A DNA stretch of 64,000 nt from Chamaesiphon sp. (GCA_965246715.1 CBDFFH010000022.1:111404-175403); one strand, 5' to 3'. Numbered from the stretch's first letter, positions 30,801-40,600 are shown. The notes: generated from the sequence alone by a model not told the origin. Program-made: numbers and translations.

Positions 30801-31817
30801 CTAGCTTTTCCCGATCGATTGTAAAACTGAATTCGAGTTGGAACTTAATTTTTTCTCCCAGTCTAAAGCCGTCCGCACGATGAGATCGAGGTTATTATAT
30901 CGAGGTTGCCAATTGAGTACTTTGGTAATGCGATCGGCCGCAGAAATTACACAAGCAGGGTCGCCAGCGCGGCGTTCGGCTTCGATAACGGTAAAATCTA
31001 CTCCAGAGATTTCTTTGACTTTTTCGATGACTTCGCGAACGCTGTAGCCCTGTCCGTAGCCACAATTTAAAATCTGACTCGGACTGTCGCTATTGAGATA
31101 AGCTAATGCGTCAACGTGCGCCCTAGCGAGGTCGTCAACATGGATGTAATCCCTAATCCCCGTCCCATCTGGAGTATCGAAATCAGTCCCAAAGATACTT
31201 ACATCCAGACGGCGACCTAAAGCTGCATCGCAAGCAACTTTGATCAGGTGACTGGCTTTTTTGCCCGATTGTCCCAGCTTACCGCTAACTTCAGCACCAG
31301 CCACATTAAAGTAGCGCAGAATTACATATCTCAGATTCGAGGCTACGGCATAATCGCGAATCAAGCGCTCGCTCATCAGCTTGGAACTGCCATAAGGATT
31401 GAGCGGCTGGGGTACGGTTTCTTCGGTAATTGGATTAGTTTCTGGTTGCCCATAGACAGCCGCAGTACTGGAGAAGATTAGTTTATTGACTTCAAATTCC
31501 TGACAGCAATGCAGTAGGTTGAGCGTATTAGCAGTGTTGTTGCTATAGTAAGCTAGCGGTTGCACGATCGAGTCTGGGACAGAAATACTTGCCGCAAAGT
31601 GCAATACTGCATCAAAATTATGTTCGGCAAAGACGCGCGCTAACTGCGATCGATCGGCTAGATCGCCTAAAACTAGCTTCCCATAAGTTAGATTGCTAGT
31701 AATTCCCGTCGATAAATTGTCATATACAACAATCTCATAACCAGCTTCACCCAATTGTTTAAGCGTGTGCGAACCGATGTAACCAGCACCGCCAGTAACT
31801 AAGATTTGTTTGTTCAT
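30801..31817 (-). CDS. galE: UDP-glucose 4-epimerase
   Basis: GGAGYIGSH, FSSTAAVYG, YGSSK, LRYFNVAGA and DGTGIRDYIHV motifs. Confidence 0.96.
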   Translation of the reverse strand: MNKQILVTGGAGYIGSHTLKQLGEAGYEIVVYDNLSTGITSNLTYGKLVLGDLADRSQLARVFAEHNFDAVLHFAASISVPDSIVQPLAYYSNNTANTLNLLHCCQEFEVNKLIFSSTAAVYGQPETNPITEETVPQPLNPYGSSKLMSERLIRDYAVASNLRYVILRYFNVAGAEVSGKLGQSGKKASHLIKVACDAALGRRLDVSIFGTDFDTPDGTGIRDYIHVDDLARAHVDALAYLNSDSPSQILNCGYGQGYSVREVIEKVKEISGVDFTVIEAERRAGDPACVISAADRITKVLNWQPRYNNLDLIVRTALDWEKKLSSNSNSVLQSIGKS

Positions 31818-32154
31818 TTGGTTCCCAATCTTGTATGATATTTATAGATTTTGACTAACCAACTTTCTCAAATTCCCGATCGGATGTTACTGCGGTCGAG
31901 GCCAAACTATCAAAGTGTCCTGTATGATTACAGCTGACTTCCTTTAGCAATAATTGTAAGAAAGAATGTGTCAGTTTATTATGCCCATTAATATCAGTAC
32001 GATCTAAGTAAATAATTATACTATCGATTTAACCATTCACAAGGGGATGTTGCAGCGATCGAGATCGTTGTCAATTTGCAGTATTTAGTTACTAATTTTA
32101 CTAGCGATGGACACGCTCAAACCCAATTTCGCAGCGAGTGCGTGTCATAGTCGC

Positions 32155-32607
32155 TTATTTCCAGCGTTTAGCTAACAGTTGTTCTTCTAGCGCAGCGATC
32201 CGATTATAAGCAGCAGTCAATTGTGCGGTCAATCTTTGGATTTGGATCTGTGGCGATAAATCTTGCCGCTCGATCTGATGGTGCCCGATCTCCATCCCGC
32301 TGCTATCGATGAGAACATCTTGTTGGGAGACAATCCACTCAGATGTATCCTGACGATAGCTCGAACCACCAGGAAGATCGGCATATCCACTATTGCGATA
32401 CTTGCTGCCAGCTTGCCGCAGGCGTTGAATATCATCACGATCGAGCAATCGAGAGGGAGCCAAGCCTCCATTTTGATGCATGGCTCCCTCTCGATTGCTC
32501 GGTTGAGGTTCTAGCTGCGAGAGATGGTCGTGTAAGCGATCGATTACTTGATAAATCCGATCGACTTTTTGGGTCAGGGTTGTAATCTGTTGTTGGATTG
32601 ATTCCAT
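32155..32607 (-). CDS. hypothetical protein with coiled-coil termini
   Basis: 150 aa; C-terminal QIQRLTAQLTAAYNRIAALEEQLL resembles a conserved cyanobacterial small protein. Confidence 0.7.
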   Translation of the reverse strand: MESIQQQITTLTQKVDRIYQVIDRLHDHLSQLEPQPSNREGAMHQNGGLAPSRLLDRDDIQRLRQAGSKYRNSGYADLPGGSSYRQDTSEWIVSQQDVLIDSSGMEIGHHQIERQDLSPQIQIQRLTAQLTAAYNRIAALEEQLLAKRWK

Positions 32608-32878
32608 CTTTTTCCCTAAAATAACTTATCCCGATCGTAAGGAATAGATCGATATTTGTTGATATATTGCTGAATTATTTAACTTTTGCAAATAATTGTG
32701 ATGTTAATTATTAATTAATTATGGAGAAATTAGCCACTCCCAGCTCGTAGTCATTACAGAATTTAATTGCGATCTTCGTTGATGAGATGTTGCTCGATCG
32801 AGAAATGACTCAGAGGGAGATAGCGCTTACTTCTGCCGACATTTTTTTTATACCTGGACTCAGCAACGCCAATTATGA

Positions 32879-33514
32879 CTAAGGTGCCAATCGATCGATC
32901 TGCCATTCCCCAGCAACTAATTGATAGCGTAATCTGTCGTGGAGCCGACTGGGACGACCTTGCCAAAACTCGATTTTCTGCGGAATGACGCGCACGCCGC
33001 CCCAATGTGAGGGTTTGGGAATTTCTCGATCGTGATATTCGGTTGCTAATGCTTGGAGCTTGGTTTCTAGCACGGAGCGATCGGGAATAATCGAACTTTG
33101 CTCGGAAGCCCACGCTCCCAGTTGACTGCTGGCTGGGCGGCTGTGAAAGTATTCTGTGGCCTCTGATTCGGCGACTAGCTCGATTTTGCCCTCGATCCGC
33201 ACTTGACGTTCTAAATCGCCCCACAGAAACACCAGCGCGGCATGGGGACAAGCTTGGAGTTCGAGACCTTTTTGGCTGTTGTAGTTGGTATAAAAGACAA
33301 ATCCACGCGCGTCAAATTGCTTCAGCAAAACAATCCGCGCTGAGGGTTTGCCCTCAGCTGTCACGGTTGCGACTGTCATCGCATTGGGTTCTAATAAATT
33401 GGCCGCCACAGCTTGCTCGAACCATAAACTAAATTGCTCGATCGGATTGGCGACAACATCTGTCTCTAGTAGTCCAGCTTGAGTATAATTTTTGCGGAGG
33501 TCAGAGACTTTCAT
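32879..33514 (-). CDS. pdxH: pyridoxamine 5'-phosphate oxidase
   Basis: LRKNY, PSARIVLLK, FYTNYNSQKG, RQVRIEG and EFWQGRPSRLHDR. Start placed at MKVSDLRK (33514). Confidence 0.95.
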   Translation of the reverse strand: MKVSDLRKNYTQAGLLETDVVANPIEQFSLWFEQAVAANLLEPNAMTVATVTAEGKPSARIVLLKQFDARGFVFYTNYNSQKGLELQACPHAALVFLWGDLERQVRIEGKIELVAESEATEYFHSRPASSQLGAWASEQSSIIPDRSVLETKLQALATEYHDREIPKPSHWGGVRVIPQKIEFWQGRPSRLHDRLRYQLVAGEWQIDRLAP

Positions 33515-33582
33515 TGAGGGAATAGGAGTTAGGGGTTGGCAATGAAGAAGGAGAGATCCTCCATTTACCATAACTAATTAAC

Positions 33583-33605
33583 GGCGTTGCTGAATTATGG
33601 TATGA
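33583..33605 (+). mobile_element. solitary left end of a type-D MITE (GGCGTTGCTGAAT..GGTATGA)
   Basis: Same end as the complete element at 40145-40326; immediately followed by the IS110 left junction. Confidence 0.65.
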
Positions 33606-33659
33606 ACTGCCCCTTGTATCCCAAAGGAAGGTCAAAGAGTAAAATCTGCGATCGCTTGT

Positions 33660-33835
33660 CAACAGCAAAAGGCAAAGGGAAATTCGGATTGCCCCTAGGG
33701 ACACTAAGCCCGTTAGTGTAGATCGAATCACCTGAGTCTAGACAGTGGTACCAGTCAAAACTGGACAGTATCAGCGGTCGCCAGCTCGTCGATCGGGTAA
33801 ACCTGCATTTAATAAGGATAGTTTATCGCCACTAA
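33660..33835 (+). ncRNA. putative IS110 bridge RNA
   Basis: Two internal loops. Target loop: attcg-g-ATTGCCCCT-(stem-loop)-GTGTAGA-t-cgaat. Donor loop: aaact-gg-ACAGTATC-(stem-loop)-AATAAGG-at-agttt. Layout and donor guide match the IS621 bridge RNA as I recall it. Ends are approximate. Confidence 0.75.
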
Positions 33836-33874
33836 TTGCGGTTGAAGTGGTTCTTTAGCACACAGAAACTAGAG

Positions 33875-33998
33875 ATGAGTAGTTCAAACCAAGAGTTAGA
33901 TATACTCGGCATCGACATTCGCAAAGCCAAATTTGCGACCAAAATCGCGCTAAGGTCTTCTCAGCGTGCGTTTTGCTCAAGACGACGTAGCTTTGCTC
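33875..33998 (+). pseudogene. N-terminal fragment of an IS110 DEDD recombinase, split by a 49-nt hairpin insertion
   Basis: MSSSNQELDILGIDIRKAKF, then the 33935-33983 insertion, then DVALL. Removing the insertion restores the GIDxxKxKFDVAL motif. Confidence 0.8.
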
Positions 33999-34042
33999 TC
34001 CAGATACTCCCAGCACGTCCAAATCTCGAAACTCCTAAACCA

Positions 34043-34864
34043 ATGCCTACAAACCCAATTGTCACCGCTGCATGGCTTCACGATCGATTATGCGATCCTA
34101 CCGTTGCACTAGCAATCATAGATTGTCGATTTGCACTGGCAGATCCGGATCTCGGGCGACAGCAGTATGCAGCCGCCCACATTCCCGGCGCACACTACAT
34201 GGACTTAAATCGCGATCTGTCTAGTCCCGTCCGCGAACATGGCGGTAGACACCCATTGCCTGACGCTCGGGTCTTCGGGGACAAATTAGCCGCGATCGGG
34301 ATTAACGATCGAACATTAGTTATCGCTTACGATGATTCGCGCTTTGCCTTTGCCGCACGCTTGTGGTGGTTGTTGCGTTATTACGGACACGATCGCGTGG
34401 CGGTATTAGATGGTGGTTATGACAATTGGGCAAAAGCGGGTTATTCGGTGACTGCGGAGCTGCCAGCACCAGCCGAACGCGGCAATTTTCAGCCCCAACC
34501 TCAGCCAGCGCGAATCGTTGATATCGCCGCAGTCAAATCGCTCCTGCATTCATCAGCGCATGTGCTGGTAGACTCCCGGGAACCCGATCGCTATTTAGGT
34601 AACACCGAACCGATCGATCCCCGTGCCGGACATATCCCCAGCGCGGTCAATTATCCCTGGCAAGCTGTTTCTACACCAGATGGATTCGTGTTACCTGTCG
34701 ATCGACACCGCGAGCGGTGGGCGACAATTTCGCCAGATGTGGAACCGATCGTCTATTGCGGTTCGGGCGTGACAGCTTGTGTCAATCTCTTATCGCTAGA
34801 ACTTGCTGGCATCACGCGATCGAAGCTCTATCCTGGGAGTTGGAGTGACTGGTGTTCTTATTAG
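34043..34864 (+). CDS. tandem-rhodanese sulfurtransferase (SseA/MPST-like)
   Basis: HIPGA, GGRHPLP, AARLWWLL, LDGG, GHIPSA, YCGSGVTAC and YPGSWSDW motifs. The ORF-track extension to 33836 is IS-derived. Confidence 0.93.
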   Translation: MPTNPIVTAAWLHDRLCDPTVALAIIDCRFALADPDLGRQQYAAAHIPGAHYMDLNRDLSSPVREHGGRHPLPDARVFGDKLAAIGINDRTLVIAYDDSRFAFAARLWWLLRYYGHDRVAVLDGGYDNWAKAGYSVTAELPAPAERGNFQPQPQPARIVDIAAVKSLLHSSAHVLVDSREPDRYLGNTEPIDPRAGHIPSAVNYPWQAVSTPDGFVLPVDRHRERWATISPDVEPIVYCGSGVTACVNLLSLELAGITRSKLYPGSWSDWCSY

Positions 34865-34868
34865 AGCG

Positions 34869-35050
34869 CCCAAGTTGCTACCTATAAGCAAAGCGGTTAG
34901 AAACCGCTCCTCGGAATGCAAAGTCCGGTTGTTGCCGCTCGCGGCAAAAGCCTGCCTACGCGGACTAACTATCTAGTCCGCGTAGGCGGACTTTGCAGCA
35001 TTAGCCGCGACTTCAGTCGCAGGCATTATATAAGGTAGCAACTTAGGTTA
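34869..35050. mobile_element. MITE type A
   Basis: cccaagttgctacct ... aggtagcaacttaggt around a gtccgcgtaggcggac core. Confidence 0.8.
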
Positions 35051-35089
35051 CATATACACTAATCGATCGGATTTAGCGTGCAGCTAAAA

Positions 35090-35938
35090 TCACACCATTT
35101 TCTTGAGGAACGTTTTCAGATTACTGAGAAATGTAGTAGAAACAGGGCGCTGTTTAGAGTCGAGATCGATGGATGGCAAGATTAGTGCCGAGTCGCTCGG
35201 TTGGAGTGGCTGAGGCGGAATTTCACGGATCGTCCCAAAAACACTCAATCGAAAGCTGATTTGACGAACGATCTCGATCGATAGCGCCATTTTTAATGCC
35301 AATTTAACTAATGGTGTTTTGCCATCAGCTAACTTCCATAACTCTAACTCATGGCGATTGAGTTCAAAATTAGGTTGCTGCGAATTGCATCGTTGAATTG
35401 CATAATGTGGGTCGGGCAACTTGGCACTCAATCCGCTCCAATCCTTCAGTAATCTAAGGGACAATAATCCTAAATCCTGGGCGGAGGCGCTGATGCCAGT
35501 CAGCTCGGAATTAATTGGCGAGCGACCGGGATCGAACTGAAATCGGCTATTCTTGAGTTCAAATAGTCGATGGATTGGTGAGATTGTTTGAGAATTAAAC
35601 AAAAACTTAAGCTCTGCGGCATCTAGCAATCCTTGCGACTTCAAATAAATACCTAGTGGTTGCGGTAAACGATCGAGGATGGTTGTCACTGGATAAATTT
35701 CAGCTTGGGACATTAATTTCCGCCGCTCGATCTTCGTCAATAGTTCGCTACCGTCTATTCCAGAAGTAACAGCCACAATCCGACCGCTTTCAAACCATAA
35801 ATAATCGTGGTTATTACTGGGAACTGTAGCTAAATTTCGATCGGGAGAAAGTGTGAGTAATCCAGTCCGATTGCCTTCATAAATAAAGCTAAAAATTTCT
35901 GCCAAGGAATATTCTGATAAATACCCAGAAAATTTCAT
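35090..35938 (-). CDS. DUF4388 (PATAN-like) domain protein
   Basis: GYLSEYSLAEIF...RTGLL...WFESGRIVA; paralog of 36648-37520. Confidence 0.85.
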   Translation of the reverse strand: MKFSGYLSEYSLAEIFSFIYEGNRTGLLTLSPDRNLATVPSNNHDYLWFESGRIVAVTSGIDGSELLTKIERRKLMSQAEIYPVTTILDRLPQPLGIYLKSQGLLDAAELKFLFNSQTISPIHRLFELKNSRFQFDPGRSPINSELTGISASAQDLGLLSLRLLKDWSGLSAKLPDPHYAIQRCNSQQPNFELNRHELELWKLADGKTPLVKLALKMALSIEIVRQISFRLSVFGTIREIPPQPLQPSDSALILPSIDLDSKQRPVSTTFLSNLKTFLKKMV

Positions 35939-35971
35939 ACTGCTAACTGTAAGATTCTTAGATATTAATAA

Positions 35972-36532
35972 CTAACAAATAATTGCTACTTCTTCAACAT
36001 TAGTATTTGCCATATAATGCTCTACGAGCGCGACCAATGCATCGATGACAGATTCTTCTTCATCGGCATTTACCGACACGATCGGTGGACGCTGAGCGCT
36101 TTCTTGATAGCCTAATGCTAAGGCGATATCTTCATTTCCCCAAGCTCCTTCACAATCACCGTGAGTAATACCGATAATCATCGGAACGTGCGAGCGCTGA
36201 TTCATGAAATTCATAATTCGACGTGCGTGATGAAATTCGCCCGGTCGATGTGCTGCAATTAGTAACACATAAGCATGAGCGCGCTCGATCAAAATTTCCC
36301 ACATAAAATCGAACCGAATCTGACCGGGAGTGCCATAGATATGTAATGCCATATCTTCGCCAAATTGGAGCGTCCCAAAATCCATCGATACAGTAGTATT
36401 TTGCTTCATACCTGCCACCTCATCAGTGGCTTTGCGATCGGTATCGACAACTTCAATCTCACTGGCAGAGCGAATAAATGTACTTTTTCCCGCCCCTACC
36501 GTTCCCGTAACCACTAAACGCATAATTTCCAT
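35972..36532 (-). CDS. small Ras-like GTPase (MglA/CvnD-like ATP/GTP-binding protein)
   Basis: GTVGAGKST (G1), TTVSMDFG (G2), YGTPGQIRF (G3) and THGD (G4). Confidence 0.9.
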   Translation of the reverse strand: MEIMRLVVTGTVGAGKSTFIRSASEIEVVDTDRKATDEVAGMKQNTTVSMDFGTLQFGEDMALHIYGTPGQIRFDFMWEILIERAHAYVLLIAAHRPGEFHHARRIMNFMNQRSHVPMIIGITHGDCEGAWGNEDIALALGYQESAQRPPIVSVNADEEESVIDALVALVEHYMANTNVEEVAIIC

Positions 36533-36647
36533 ATTTTATCGATCCTATTGTGCGGAAAATCAATGAAATTGTTGAGACAGAGATAGAGCTGGTGGTTACA
36601 AACTTATCTTGCAAATTGGCAGAATAATTAATACTATGTATAGCAAT

Positions 36648-37520
36648 TTAGTTAGTTGCTGAAGTTGAAGACTTCTTGGTTCCTTTTTTAAGAAAATTCT
36701 TTAGATTGCCCAAGAAAGAAGTAGATATGGGTGAATTTTTAAATCCAGGTTCTAAGACTGGTACTGCTATTTCCGCACTCACTGACTGCATTGGCTCGGT
36801 CGGTATTTCTCGAATCAATCTAAACGAACTCAAACAAAAGCTAATCTGTTGGACGGATTCGATCGGTAGATCCATTTGGAGTGCTAATTGTGATAAAGGT
36901 GTCTCGCCATCAGCTAATTTCCATAACTGTAATTCTTGGCGAACGAGTCTAAACTCTGGTTGTTGTGCAGAGTGCTTTTGGATGGCATAATCGGGATTGG
37001 GTAACTTGGTAGTCAATCCGCTCCAATCTTTCAATACGCGCAATCCCAACATGCCCATTTCTTGAGCGGTGAGACTGATGCCAGTCAATTCAGAATTTAT
37101 TGGTAATCTAGTTGAATCGAAATGAAACTGTCTATTCTTAATTGCAAACAGTTTTTGTACGGTCGCGATCGTTTGAGCATTAAATAATAATTTAAGCTGC
37201 TCGGCATCCAAAAAACCCCGAGATTTGAGATGAATCCCCAGTGGTTGTTTGATTTGCTGAATCTGCGTTTCCAATAGTTCGACAAATTTTGGCGTGATAA
37301 ACTTGCGTTGACCGATGGTCGTTAGCAGTCCTTTTCCGTCTAGTCTAGAGGTGACAGCTACAACCCGACCACCAACAAACCATACATAGCGTGGCTCATT
37401 CGGCGCGGTAATTTCGTTTGGATCTGGGGATAGTTCCAATAAGCCACTGCGACTTCCTTCATGAACGAAATTAAAAATTTCTGCCAATGAATATTCTGAC
37501 AAATATCCGGCAAGTGCCAT
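36648..37520 (-). CDS. DUF4388 (PATAN-like) domain protein
   Basis: GYLSEYSLAEIF...RSGLL...WFVGGRVVA; paralog of 35090-35938. Confidence 0.85.
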   Translation of the reverse strand: MALAGYLSEYSLAEIFNFVHEGSRSGLLELSPDPNEITAPNEPRYVWFVGGRVVAVTSRLDGKGLLTTIGQRKFITPKFVELLETQIQQIKQPLGIHLKSRGFLDAEQLKLLFNAQTIATVQKLFAIKNRQFHFDSTRLPINSELTGISLTAQEMGMLGLRVLKDWSGLTTKLPNPDYAIQKHSAQQPEFRLVRQELQLWKLADGETPLSQLALQMDLPIESVQQISFCLSSFRLIREIPTEPMQSVSAEIAVPVLEPGFKNSPISTSFLGNLKNFLKKGTKKSSTSATN

Positions 37521-37854
37521 CTAGCCCTCCAAAATAATAAATAAGCTTAAATCTACTCTTTAGCTCGAACGATACTCGATCTGTAGCAATCGCCAAGAAG
37601 CTTAGGATGAGTAGAGACGCTCCAATAAAACGTCTCTACCGAATCGATTTGCGATTCATTGCTAGCAATATAAAATCTAGATCGGACGCGAACAAATATT
37701 AAAACTAAAGCGGCAAAGCTTGCCAGAAAAGTTCGATAAAAGTCAACATGGATAGTCGATCGACCCATTAAAAATCACAGATCTATCGACTATCGATCGC
37801 TATCTAGCACATCATGCATCCATTTTAGAAAGTCCCAAGGATGGGTCAACTAAT

Positions 37855-38220
37855 TTAATTTAATGCAGCTTTGATTTCGTTAACGGTACGTTTGATGTCT
37901 AACATCAACAAACCTTGCTTCGCTGAATGACTAGCCAAGACTAGTAAGACGGCATCGTCGCCACAACCCATGAGGATACCGTAGCCATCATCACCTTCAA
38001 CCATGACTTTCTCGACGTTACCGCGTGCTAATTCTTTACCGATTCTCTCGCCAAGGGAGAGCATCGCCGCAGACATCGCCGAAGTCCGTTCTTCATCCAT
38101 AGTACCTGGGAGACTAGAGGCTAAAGGTAAGCCATCGGGTGATACCAATGCTGCACCTTGGACATCAGAAGTACCCGAAACAAAGCTCTGTAAAATTCCA
38201 CCAATTGCACTGACACCCAT
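37855..38220 (-). CDS. roadblock/LC7 (MglB-like) protein
   Basis: GAALVSPDGLPLAS, SAMSAAMLSLGERIG and VMVEGDDG motifs. Confidence 0.92.
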   Translation of the reverse strand: MGVSAIGGILQSFVSGTSDVQGAALVSPDGLPLASSLPGTMDEERTSAMSAAMLSLGERIGKELARGNVEKVMVEGDDGYGILMGCGDDAVLLVLASHSAKQGLLMLDIKRTVNEIKAALN

Positions 38221-38279
38221 AATTTCCTCGCTGTGATTAATTTAGATAAGTTAGTAATGAAGTTGAAATCGATCGAGAT

Positions 38280-38750
38280 CTAGACAACGGGAGTAAATTC
38301 AAATACGTCGTGAGTACCACCGCGTAGAACGGATTCAGTATGCATACCACGCAGTTTTTTGCCAGTGATTTCAGTTAATGCACCCCACACAGCACCCATC
38401 GTAAAAGTACATTTGCGGTTGGAACCTGGAAGTTCGCCAGCAGAACAAACAGTCTCAGAACAGTAAACTTTGATGGTGTCGCCTTCTTGGACGATTTTAT
38501 CCACTGCAGTGAGGCGAGTACCTGCACTACCGACGGCTTCGTTTAACTTAGTGGCGATGGTACTCAAGTCGGCAGTAGAACCAGATAAACCTAGCTCGAT
38601 AGCGAGGTTTTTACCACGAGTGCGACCAGCCGCAATCAACGAGATCGCTGTTGCTTTTTCGCCGAGTGCTTCTTCCATACCAGTAATTACTGATTTGAAA
38701 CAAACAATACTGCTGAATTCTCCGAGGCTAGGACGAGTAGAAAGTGACAT
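38280..38750 (-). CDS. V4R-like small-ligand ('hydrocarbon-binding') protein
   Basis: 156 aa; ETVCSAGE..CTFTMGAVWG..HTESVLRGG..DVFEF; first gene of the roadblock/GTPase module. Confidence 0.7.
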   Translation of the reverse strand: MSLSTRPSLGEFSSIVCFKSVITGMEEALGEKATAISLIAAGRTRGKNLAIELGLSGSTADLSTIATKLNEAVGSAGTRLTAVDKIVQEGDTIKVYCSETVCSAGELPGSNRKCTFTMGAVWGALTEITGKKLRGMHTESVLRGGTHDVFEFTPVV

Positions 38751-39297
38751 ATTTAGTAACTTATGGTGTTGTGGATACTGGATGCGATCTACTTGAGTGT
38801 CAGTCGATCGACGCTAATTTGGATTTCAGTCAGTCACTAACTGAAAATGAAAACTGGTGATTTTACTTCGGGAGCATCGCACCAACCAAAATAACTATCG
38901 ATCGGCGATCGATTCGAGCGCCTAGCGCAGATAATTTGATTAAAGTTGAGAATATTGTGTCGATGACAGCCAAAAATAGGTTCTAAGCCCTAAAAGTATA
39001 ATGCCCAGAATTAACCCAGAAATCGCGATCGACAATTAAAGAATATTTATTACTGATACTGGTAATACTTCAGGTATATCCTGCATTTTTAAATTTGATA
39101 TCCGAGATAATGACTATCTTGTCAAACGGCATTTCTCCGTAAATTCCACAGTGAGTGTGGGCAGTGTAGGGACGGATAATAATCTTTCTCTCCCTCTATG
39201 CTCACCCGTTTCTGCGAGAATGCGTATTCCGACACTCCCTAGATCCCCCGCTCATCAGTTAAACTAGAATTGTAAAGTTAGATTACGTCAGGTATAG

Positions 39298-39915
39298 ATG
39301 GAATTCCTATCGCTAGAGACAGTCCAAGAACTGGCAACTCAATACGGATATCTCGCGGTCTTTGTCGGTATTTTATTAGAAAATCTGGGGATTCCATTGC
39401 CTGGAGAGACGATTACGATTGTGGGTGGCTTCTTGGCTGGGAGTGGCGAACTAAATTATTGGTTCGTGCTCGGAGCTGCTGCTGTCGGCGCATTTTTGGG
39501 CGGGATCTGTGGTTACTTTGTTGGTAAATATGGTGGGTGGAAATTCATGCTCGCTTTTGCCAAGGTATTTCGCATCCAAGAACTGCAATTAGAAGAGATC
39601 AAGACTAAATTTAGCGATAATTCGATCAAAGCTGTCTTTTTCGGGCGATTTATCGCCATTATCCGTATTTTTACTAGTCCGATGGCAGGTGTTGTCGAGA
39701 TGCCGTTTGGTAAATTTATGGCAGTCAACTTCGTCGGTGCGATTACCTGGGCATCGGTGATGACGACGTTAGCATTTTTTGTCGGACGCATCCTTTCGCT
39801 CGAACAGCTGCTGGCATGGGTAAGTAAGTTTGCTATCTTAGCACTGGTCATCGCGATCGCCGCAATTGTCGTCCCGATTTGGCTCGAAACCCGCAGTGTC
39901 AAAGCGAAAGATTGA
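39298..39915 (+). CDS. DedA family membrane protein
   Basis: LENLGIPLPGE, GYFVGKYGG and VFFGRFI motifs. Confidence 0.92.
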   Translation: MEFLSLETVQELATQYGYLAVFVGILLENLGIPLPGETITIVGGFLAGSGELNYWFVLGAAAVGAFLGGICGYFVGKYGGWKFMLAFAKVFRIQELQLEEIKTKFSDNSIKAVFFGRFIAIIRIFTSPMAGVVEMPFGKFMAVNFVGAITWASVMTTLAFFVGRILSLEQLLAWVSKFAILALVIAIAAIVVPIWLETRSVKAKD

Positions 39916-40144
39916 TTAAAAGCTATGAAATGTTGGTTGGGAAAAACTATCGATCGGTGCGATCCCAAATCCCTCGAAAGTAGGCACTGCCATTACTTTC
40001 AAATTTATTAATCCCTTCATCGATTTGCGATCGCAAATCGTTTACTGTTGCGATATTCGTTGAGTTAGTTTGTGTAATTATGTTTCGATCGCTCCTTATC
40101 TTACCCAGTCATAACACTCACACCAACAATATCTAACTCTCTAA

Positions 40145-40326
40145 GGCGTTGCTGAATATGGGTATGATTTTTTGTAGGGGTGCTCCTGTCTTGTCGTTTT
40201 TTTATTCGGGGGGAACCCCCGAATAAAAACGCCGCTTGTGGGTACCCTGAATCGATGCGGGGTAAGCACGAGGCATTACCCCTACAAAAATTGTTTGTGC
40301 GTTTCATACATTAATTCAGCAACGCC
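40145..40326. mobile_element. MITE type D with 8-bp target duplication CTCTCTAA; contains a REP-like pair and a 49-nt hairpin insertion
   Basis: ggcgttgctgaat..tatga / tcata..attcagcaacgcc; ctctctaa at 40137-40144 and 40327-40334; internal gtaggggt...acccctac. Confidence 0.85.
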
Positions 40327-40497
40327 CTCTCTAACTTGGTGTCGCTCGATAGTAGTTATCTAGATCCTTATAGATCGCTGAATATTGCACCACCTTCTGG
40401 GATGATTCGCTCGATATGCCGTAGGGATGCCCTTTGTGGGTAACCATTATAGATGTGAATTCATTATCGATGTACCTGCGGGTAGTGGGGCAGTTTG

Positions 40498-40600
40498 TAA
40501 TACTTCTCGGTTAATCTAAAAACTAGTTAGTCCGCGTAGGCGGACTAGGCTTAACTAGCGGCGACTTCAGTCGCTAGCAGTTCTTAACCGAGAAGTATTG
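40498..40600. mobile_element. MITE type C with 10-bp target duplication GGGCAGTTTG
   Basis: aatacttctcggttaa / ttaaccgagaagtatt; gggcagtttg at 40488-40497 and 40601-40610; core gtccgcgtaggcggac. Confidence 0.85.

Larger units (their letters stand above)
33613..33998 (+). mobile_element. truncated IS110-family (IS621-like) insertion sequence: left end, non-coding RNA region and recombinase start
   Basis: Junction ACTGCCC-CT-TGTAT, a ~260-bp structured non-coding leader, then ILGIDIRKAKF|DVALL. No right end found. Confidence 0.82.

Noticed and set aside
34002..34008. AGATACT (reverse complement AGTATCT) as the IS110 right end
   Set aside because: It is in the wrong orientation, matches only 7 nt of the expected ACAGTATCT, and is not followed by the right target half.
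33836..34042. N-terminal extension of the sulfurtransferase given in the ORF track
   Set aside because: It consists of IS110 leader and recombinase codons plus a hairpin insertion; rhodanese homology starts at MPTNP (34043).
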